Shown here: positions 50,925 through 57,733 of the stretch, one piece after another
Position numbering within the stretch: position 1 is the stretch's first letter
How the letters are laid out: each line of letters starts with the position of its first letter
Assembly: GCA_009859145.1 (NCBI GenBank)
Contig: VRVR01000010.1
Span: forward strand, 351,965-409,697
Source of the DNA: Andalucia godoyi And28
Taxonomy: Eukaryota; Protista; Jakobida
Direction of reading: 5' to 3'
DNA: 57,733 nucleotides
Made by a program: the position numbers and the translations under genes
The notes under the pieces: model-generated
What the model was told of the DNA's origin: nothing
Seen by the model: the letters and a program-made list of their open reading frames with translations, nothing else
Database searches by the model: none

Positions 50925-53249
50925 ATGAATGGTGTGTTCCAATGCAATGCGACGCTCTCGTGCGGAAATCCTTTCTGCACTGTGAGCTCTAGTTTCCCGT
51001 GCTCTCCAGGATTCATCTGTCCCAAAGACGAGTCGATCCAGCCTTGCCCCTCTGGACACTACTGTCCCTCGTATTCTCTTTCGTCCGCTATCGAGTGCAA
51101 GCAAGGTACTTGGTGTCCAAAATACTCCAAGGTGCAGATCGATTGTGAGCCCGGTTCATACTGCCCGGCCGGCTCGGAGCGGCAGCTTGAATGGCTTGGA
51201 CTGGTGGCCACAACGATCATGCTAATTGCTGCCGCGGCCGTGGTTATTGTCACTTTGCGTCTGCGCAATAAACAGAGGCAATCGAGGGAGAATCGTAGGC
51301 ATGCCGAGGTGGCAGGACGGGCAAAGGGTTCCGTTACAGGCGTGTCATCCGCAAACAGCCCTTCCAATGTGGTTACAAGAACGCGATTGGATATCCGGTT
51401 CGAAGACATCTTTTATGAAATTCCGGTGTCTGTGCCTCTTGTGAAGAAGGTGATGATCATGCTGAAGAAGGAGGAGAAGCCGTTTAAGGTCTTGATGAAC
51501 CATGTTTCAGGAGAATGCAAAGCCGGTCAGTTTACGGCGATCATGGGCCCGTCCGGTGCTGGAAAAACGACGCTGATGACGATTCTAGCTGGCAAGGTCA
51601 AGAAGACGGCTGGACAGATTTTCATCAATAACAAGCCGGTTGTCGATGTTTCCGAGGAAGCTGCAAAACACGGGTTTGGGTTTGTTCCCCAAGACGACAT
51701 TATGCACACGGAACTGTCTGCCAAGGAGGTGCTGATTGCAAATGCAGATATGAGACTGCCTCCTATGGAAACCTTGCGGCGCCACGCAATAGTCAATGAA
51801 GTGCTGGATCAGTTGGATCTAGAACATGTCAAGCACGTCATTGTTGGAAATGAAGCCGATGGCAAGCGCGGTATTTCTGGCGGTCAGCGAAAACGCGTCA
51901 ATATCGGAATGGAAATTGTCCCCGTTCCTTCAGCTCTTTTCCTCGATGAACCTACGTCGGGTCTTGATTCCTCTGCTGCCGAATCGGTGTGCGGACATCT
52001 TGCCGAGATCGCGCACAATCAGGGTGTGAATGTTGTTGCCGTAATCCATCAGCCGAGAAACGAGATTTTTTCGATGTTTGATCAGCTTATCCTACTTGCA
52101 CCTGGCGGACGGGTTGCGTATGCGGGTCCGCCCCAGGCAATCAAGGAGTACCTCGCGGGTTTTGGATACATCTGTCCCTTGACGACAAATGTCCCGGATT
52201 ATATGATGGATGTCGTCGCCGGAAAAGCCACAACGCACGATGGGAAGCTGATCAATCTCGGAGACGCCTGGATCGAACATGTTCGTGCCCAGAGTGGCGA
52301 CAGTCAGCAATCCAAGGGGCAGCCACAGAGTTCGGAGCAAGGTAAGGCATTCTCGAGCCTGGAAGCCCTCCGCGAAAAGCCCAGTCCGTTGTTCCAGTTT
52401 GTCGTGATGCTTCGTCGTGCGATTGTTTTGTGCTACCGCAACTGGATGTCTGTCCTTGTGCAATGTATTATGCACTTCTTGGCTGGCATCATCGTTGGTC
52501 TTGCATTCACCACTGGGCAGGTTTTTACGCCGCCGATTTCTTCCGAGTACGTGCCCTATTGTCCGTCTGTTGTTTCGAAGTACTTTTGCGAGTTTCCGAT
52601 TCTGGACGTTTCCGGTGCATTGAATGACTATTGCGTAATGGCACTTGGGCTAACGGCCGTTTCGACAGGGGTGCGCACCTTTGGGAAAGAGCGCGTCATT
52701 GCCTGGCGCGAAGCCTCCGTGGGAGTTAATATTGTTTCGTACTTGTCGTCGCGCTGGCTGGTTGACATTGCCTTGCTGACTCTCTATTCACTGTGCTACT
52801 GCGTGTCCCTCAATTTGGTGTCGTCTCTGCAGGGAGCCTTCATGGCGTACTGGCTGGTGTTTGCGATGACAGAATGGGTCGTTTTTGCATTTGGATACTG
52901 TCTGTCAGCTTTCATGCGTGTGAAGAATGCGACGCTCGTTGGAGTCATTTGTTGCCTCGCCTGGGTCGTCGCAGATGGAGGTGTGTACACCGTGCAGACA
53001 ATGGGATTGCTTGGATCGTTTTCATACCCTCGCTGGACCGCAGAAGCGATTTTCTTGACCGAGATTAATTACGATGATCTCAGCAATGCAGACCAAAAGC
53101 TGTTGAAGACATACCTTGACAAGTATGAGTATGGCTGGAAAATCGGCAATTACGGTGTTGATATCGGAGCTCTGTTTCTCCTTGGGTTGATGTTCCGTTC
53201 TCTCCATCTTCTTCTTTACTGGATTTGCAACCGTCAGAAGAGGAAGTAG
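50925..53249 (+). CDS. ABCG half-transporter with N-terminal Cys-rich ectodomain and extra TM helix
   Basis: Walker A GPSGAGKTT, signature ISGGQRKRV, Walker B LFLDEP, C-terminal TMD; CPSGHYCP / CEPGSYCP repeats; start codon uncertain. Confidence 0.9.
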   Translation: MNGVFQCNATLSCGNPFCTVSSSFPCSPGFICPKDESIQPCPSGHYCPSYSLSSAIECKQGTWCPKYSKVQIDCEPGSYCPAGSERQLEWLGLVATTIMLIAAAAVVIVTLRLRNKQRQSRENRRHAEVAGRAKGSVTGVSSANSPSNVVTRTRLDIRFEDIFYEIPVSVPLVKKVMIMLKKEEKPFKVLMNHVSGECKAGQFTAIMGPSGAGKTTLMTILAGKVKKTAGQIFINNKPVVDVSEEAAKHGFGFVPQDDIMHTELSAKEVLIANADMRLPPMETLRRHAIVNEVLDQLDLEHVKHVIVGNEADGKRGISGGQRKRVNIGMEIVPVPSALFLDEPTSGLDSSAAESVCGHLAEIAHNQGVNVVAVIHQPRNEIFSMFDQLILLAPGGRVAYAGPPQAIKEYLAGFGYICPLTTNVPDYMMDVVAGKATTHDGKLINLGDAWIEHVRAQSGDSQQSKGQPQSSEQGKAFSSLEALREKPSPLFQFVVMLRRAIVLCYRNWMSVLVQCIMHFLAGIIVGLAFTTGQVFTPPISSEYVPYCPSVVSKYFCEFPILDVSGALNDYCVMALGLTAVSTGVRTFGKERVIAWREASVGVNIVSYLSSRWLVDIALLTLYSLCYCVSLNLVSSLQGAFMAYWLVFAMTEWVVFAFGYCLSAFMRVKNATLVGVICCLAWVVADGGVYTVQTMGLLGSFSYPRWTAEAIFLTEINYDDLSNADQKLLKTYLDKYEYGWKIGNYGVDIGALFLLGLMFRSLHLLLYWICNRQKRK

Positions 53250-53872
53250 TCGATGCATGCTGCTGACGAGTGTCCTGCTCTTTGTGATCGTATTCGCTTC
53301 CCCACCTATCGGTTTTGCACACACTCTCCATAGTTTAGTCTTTTTTAAAAATTAAAATAAAATAAAAAACTTTTCATATTATTTTTACCGAGAAGGTTGG
53401 ACAAAGCCTTCGTGCAAACTGCAAACATGTAAAACCTCGATTTTCTTTTCTTGCGTCTTCTTGGTTTTGTTTCTTCTTGCACGTTGGCTGTGCCGACATG
53501 CCGCAGGCGACAAAAAAAAAGTGGCAAGTGAGTGGGACGGTTTTTTTAATATTTAAAAAAACAAAAAGAATAATCAACAAAAAACGTACGTCTAGCGTGC
53601 GCAGTTCTTTCTCTCCTCACACCTTGTGCCTTTGTGCTGTTTCCTTTTGCGGATGTCGGGATTACTTTTCCGTTTTAATGCCGCAGACTGGAAGCCGAAG
53701 CACCTCCACACATGCCGCCGCCCCATCTTCCCCCAACTTTTTTAATGCACCAACAAAATAAAAATACATTCATTTATTTACGACTCCCCTCCAGATTACT
53801 TCTTCCCCCTTTTCTTTTCATTTGCATAGGCGTATACGTCTTTCAAACATTCCGCAAGCCCGCGATTCAGCA

Positions 53873-54763
53873 ATGTCGTCTGTATTTATCTTTGGTGCAA
53901 CGGGGTTCATTGGGTCTCAAGTTGCACTTGCGTTCCGCGCTGCTGGTTATGTGACCCACGGTCTTGTCCGTTCTGCAGAAAAGGCAAAAGATCTTATTCG
54001 CGCACAAGTTAACGTCATTGAGGCGTCCTTGGACGATTCCACTCGCTGGGAACCGTATGCAGCAAAAGCCGATGTTTTGGTTGTTGCGCTGGTTGACTAT
54101 TCGAATCAAGTTGCCGCCGACAGAAAAGTGCTGGACACAATCGCCCGGCTGTCTTCTGCGTCGCCGTCTCGCAAAACCGTGATCTACACTTCCGGTGCAT
54201 GGGTGTATGGAAATCGGGCATCGAACGAGCGTGCTACCGAGCAAGAATCAACAGGAAATGCAGCGCTGGTCGTGAAGTGGCGTCCGGCCCACGAGCAAGA
54301 GGTGCTGAAAAGCGTCGCCTATGACGGGATTGTTCTGCGTCCAGGTTGCGTGTATGGGTGGCAGGGCTCTCTCACTGCGTCTTGGATTTCCGCTGCGTTG
54401 TCCGGGACGTCTGTTTCCGTGCCATCGCACTTGGATGGAGAGCATTCCTGGGCCATTGTGCACGTCGACGACCTTGCTCACGCGTATGTCCTTGCTGCTG
54501 AAAAGGGCCGAAAGGGATGTATCTACAATGTCGGAGGAGAGAATCTGGAAGTTCGCGCTGCAGTAAGCGCATTATTTGCAGCGACAAACAAGCCACTGAA
54601 TGCCAATTTCCCGGTACCGTCTAACCCATTTGAAGAAGCCCTTGCCGGCAATCTGGCAATGAGCTCCGAAAAGGCGAGAAACGAGCTAGGATGGGTCCCA
54701 TTTCACACGAGCTTTGCTGCCGACGCCCATCTTCTCATTGCCAGTTTCAGGGCGTACCAGTGA
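53873..54763 (+). CDS. NAD(P)-binding epimerase/dehydratase-like (atypical SDR) protein
   Basis: VFIFGATGFIG Rossmann motif, YTSGAWVYG, LRPGCVYG, VHVDDLA; ATG 53873. Confidence 0.93.
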   Translation: MSSVFIFGATGFIGSQVALAFRAAGYVTHGLVRSAEKAKDLIRAQVNVIEASLDDSTRWEPYAAKADVLVVALVDYSNQVAADRKVLDTIARLSSASPSRKTVIYTSGAWVYGNRASNERATEQESTGNAALVVKWRPAHEQEVLKSVAYDGIVLRPGCVYGWQGSLTASWISAALSGTSVSVPSHLDGEHSWAIVHVDDLAHAYVLAAEKGRKGCIYNVGGENLEVRAAVSALFAATNKPLNANFPVPSNPFEEALAGNLAMSSEKARNELGWVPFHTSFAADAHLLIASFRAYQ

Positions 54764-54779
54764 TGGTCAAGCCGATGAT

Positions 54780-55130
54780 GTAAAACTGCTTCTTGTTCTG
54801 AGACCCGTGAAACCCTAACGTGTCCCGCGGTGATGGATCGAGACTGGAACGAAGGGCGAAGATATATGTTTTGAAGAACACGGCACGCATGTACTTGTAT
54901 GTGCCGGGGCTTGGGCGCCCCGCCCCCTAGCCGATTGATTCGCGGGATCGATTGTCATGCAGCACTGCAATAGTATCCAATTAAACACAATTCGTATTGA
55001 CGCAATGGATCGCAGGTTTTTAGGGAGGTGCGTGCCGGCGCCTGTAAAAAAAGAAGCACCGCTACAGTTTCCAACCTCTTGAACGCCTTCCATTTTGGGA
55101 AGGCCAACGAGCAAGTAAATCCGTTTTTCT
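54780..55130 (+). ncRNA. Candidate telomerase RNA
   Basis: AACCCTAAC template 54811-54819, H-type pseudoknot with U5 and A-rich loops 55012-55060, enclosing helix 54795-54803/55077-55084, distal hairpin 55085-55104; structure paired by eye only. Confidence 0.35.
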
Positions 55131-55272
55131 CGCAGTCGCGTTCCTCCCTCCCCGCCTTCCCAGCTTCATATTTGAAAAAGAAAAAAGAAAAGGAATAAAA
55201 GGAGGAGAGAGAAACCAAATCTTTACATCTTTGGCATTTCCGAGTACGGCATTCTTTCTTTGTGTGCTAAAC

Positions 55273-56124
55273 ATGACCACTGGCAACAAATCCGAGAAGC
55301 ATCTTGAACCGAGTTTTGTCCGATCTCTCGGTATTGGCGGCATTGCGGGTATCATTGCTGCATCGTGTGTGTACCCTTTGGACATTAGCAAAGCGTACAT
55401 GCAAGTAAATCGGGGGTCAAATCTTACAATTCGACAAGCCCTGGCCAAAGTATATGCGTCCGGAGGATTTCGGGCGCTGTACAGAGGTCTCCCAGCCAAC
55501 ATTATCGGAATTACGCCCGAGAAAGCGATCAAGCTCTCTATTTTTGACTATGTGCGCCGCAGACTTGGCTGTGCAAATCCATCTGCTCCATTTTCATGGA
55601 GCAAAGAAGCGTTTGCTGGCGGGTTTGCGGGGTTTTGTCAGTTCGTAGCTACAAATCCCATGGAAATCGTCAAGCTTCGCCTGCAGCTTGCAGGTCCTGG
55701 ATCTTCGCTTGCCGGCGTTGTGCGAGATCTGGGTGTCCGTGGTCTGTTCCGGGGATCCACTGCTACTCTATCGAGAGATATTCCATTTTCTGCAGGTTAC
55801 TTTTCGTCGTTTGCGTATCTCAAGCGATCTTGGGGTACAGATCCTTTGAACGTGTTTGCGGCTTCTCTGACTGCAGGTATTGGGTTTGCTTGGATTTGCA
55901 CACCGATGGATGTCGTCAAGACAAGGTTGCAAGGTTCGCAAGAGCTTGCAGCAATGTATAACGGATCCGTTATCAAATGTTTTACAATGGTCGCAAAGGA
56001 CGAAGGCGCCAAAGCCTTGTTTAAAGGCGCTGGCGCACGCGTGACCTTGCTCGGTCCGCTGTTTGGCATTGCCCTCACGTCGTACAGCATTATTGAATCG
56101 CTTTGGGCAGAGTATCTGATTTAG
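55273..56124 (+). CDS. Mitochondrial carrier (SLC25), glutamate or aspartate/glutamate carrier-like, no EF-hands
   Basis: Three PxD/ExxK repeats (PLDISK, PMEIVK, PMDVVK); TPEKAIKL and RDIPFSA motifs typical of GC/AGC carriers; ATG 55273. Confidence 0.92.
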   Translation: MTTGNKSEKHLEPSFVRSLGIGGIAGIIAASCVYPLDISKAYMQVNRGSNLTIRQALAKVYASGGFRALYRGLPANIIGITPEKAIKLSIFDYVRRRLGCANPSAPFSWSKEAFAGGFAGFCQFVATNPMEIVKLRLQLAGPGSSLAGVVRDLGVRGLFRGSTATLSRDIPFSAGYFSSFAYLKRSWGTDPLNVFAASLTAGIGFAWICTPMDVVKTRLQGSQELAAMYNGSVIKCFTMVAKDEGAKALFKGAGARVTLLGPLFGIALTSYSIIESLWAEYLI

Positions 56125-57130
56125 AGTGCTCTGTTGTTCATAGAAGATGTATGAGGATTCCGCGCCACACTAGAAGCGTGCATCCTTCCGGACAAAAATT
56201 TCAGCTGTTGGAGGTAAAACACCCGCTCTTTAATTGAATATATGACCCTTCAACCCAAATGTATGGGTGGACGGCTGTGAATATCATCGGATAGTATGGC
56301 TGAAGGTGTGCAGGTCGAGGTCCAATGCGACACTGTCGAATACGGACAACCGATTCAAGGCAATTTCTGAGATAATGGCCATTCTTCGCACATGGAACAG
56401 TGCTCAGCGTTGGTGCTATCCCCGTTTTTTTTCACAGCAGTTTCGTAGGAAGAAGAACAGCCGTGGTTGGCAAACACGTGCTCAAGATCTCCGAACGTAA
56501 GATCCGGTTCGTTGGCAACCCCAGGGAAGCGATTGAATCTTTCAGCAGTGAGAGTACCAGTGTCGATCGTCGATCGCTTGCCCGCTAGCCCACGGTTGGC
56601 TTGGTTAAATGTAAAAGAGCCCTTCCGATGCATTCTTCATCGCCCGAAAGATGCGGAGCGGTATCAACAGACGATCGAGCATGTGCTTTTGAAGAGCGTG
56701 GATCTCACTGGCGCCTGTGCGTTGCTTGGGATGTCCGCCAGGAGGTTGGTGTGCGGAGATTTGAAGCACATGAATACGGCTTCTTCTTCCGTGCGCTGCG
56801 CGATGCCGAGTCGGTACCCCCCAGAGGTTCGGATCATGTCGACCACCCGGTGCAGCGTCGGGGAGGGAAAACGCGCTCTTGCGGTTTCTTGGCGTACCGA
56901 TTCCTTGGCAAGCCACAGTGCGCCCACTTTCCCCGGGCTGTATCGCAGGTTTTGCTGACGAGGGTAGGACCCGCTCCAGAAAGGGCTTGATTCCCTTGAG
57001 TTCTGCGATACCGACAGCTCAGGCCCACCTGAAGGGTGATGTTTTTCTCCACCAGATTCTGCATCCTCTGCACATGAGCAGTGCAACGGGGGAGCCTTGA
57101 GTCGAGGGATACCGCTGGGTCCTCCTCCAG
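56121..57130 (-). pseudogene. Decayed coding sequence, possibly of mobile-element origin, with a frameshifted CCHC zinc knuckle
   Basis: 365-codon frame (57215-56121) broken only by four TGA; GC3-rich codons; CSMC-EE / GHYLRNC split across two frames at 56399-56360. Confidence 0.35.
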
Positions 57131-57733
57131 TCGACGGTAGCTTCTCTCTTTCTCTCTCTCTCTCCTTTTTCTTTCTTTCTCCCTCTTTCTCGCGTTCCGA
57201 TGCACAGTTTAACAAGTGTTGGATGCGCGCACGCCCGTTTCAGCAGGAGCGTTGGATCACTCCTCAGCAAGAAAAAGCGTCCTGTATGCAGCTCCGCTTC
57301 TGATCCCACAGCGACCCGTAATATAGTGCTCACCAAAGCAAAGCAAAATTCGCTTTCTGCAGCGCACGGCCCCATCGCATTTAAGGAGCTGTCGATACGC
57401 CGGAATGGACGGAGTAGTGAATGCAGCAACCGGTTGTTCATTCCCCAGACTGAGACGAATCGTCATGAGCCCAATCATGGAGAAAATAGCATAAAGCCAG
57501 CGTCCTCATGCCGATTGCAGCGATACACGAGGGAAGCACCACTGGACATCCCCATTGCACCGCATCCGTGACGCGGTCGTCTCGTTTCCATGAGAATCGC
57601 ACAGTGTCTCTCGAGGCAGCCCGGTATCGCTTCCCTCGACGAGTTCCGTGCTGATCAGATTTCAGTGTGCTTTTTCGGCATCCTCGACAACGACTGAATC
57701 GACGGCGACTGACCGTGCCCACGTGACGCCCAA

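Noticed and set aside
56700-56940. Rad21/Rec8 N-terminal-like words (GALWLA, RTSG..LG, LLAD)
   Set aside because: Spacing between the motifs is wrong (about 8 residues short, then about 9 long), and the frame is interrupted by stops
99-57733. Numerous long antisense or overlapping ORFs in the track (e.g. 13036-14082 +, 7349-8074 +, 49352-50053 +, 5835-6308 +)
   Set aside because: They are shadows of genuine genes on the opposite strand and show no recognisable motifs

Overview
Gene-dense, intron-poor eukaryotic DNA from a flagellated protist with mitochondria or a related organelle (CFAP65, mitochondrial carrier; standard genetic code; AT-rich, microsatellite-rich intergenic tracts). The organism cannot be identified from sequence alone. 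About 25 protein genes are supported: SUA5, a GRL/7TM-ion-channel-like protein, BTB-BACK, VPS13, Myb/SANT, LSD1-like zinc finger, RFC1, SPIN90/Dip1-like, ELP5, DCAF15-like, CFAP65, VPS8-like, dienelactone hydrolase, CCR4/PDE12-like, RagC/D, ABCG, an SDR, a glutamate-type carrier and several hypotheticals. The most interesting signals are missed by the ORF track. (1) At 42.8-43.2 kb an internally deleted Fanzor2/TnpB remnant joins its N-terminal motif directly to the RuvC-III motif DRDxNGARNI, and is followed by a run of hairpins that looks like an omegaRNA scaffold. (2) At 54.8-55.1 kb there is a telomerase-RNA-like arrangement: a 1.5-repeat TTAGGG template, a U-rich/A-rich H-type pseudoknot and an enclosing helix. 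(3) A 48-codon ORF with strong codon bias and an IRAGP motif lies upstream of ELP5. (4) A 26-nt poly-U micro-intron restores a 115-aa gene. All family and structure calls come from motif recognition and base-pairing by eye; no searches or folding programs were run.
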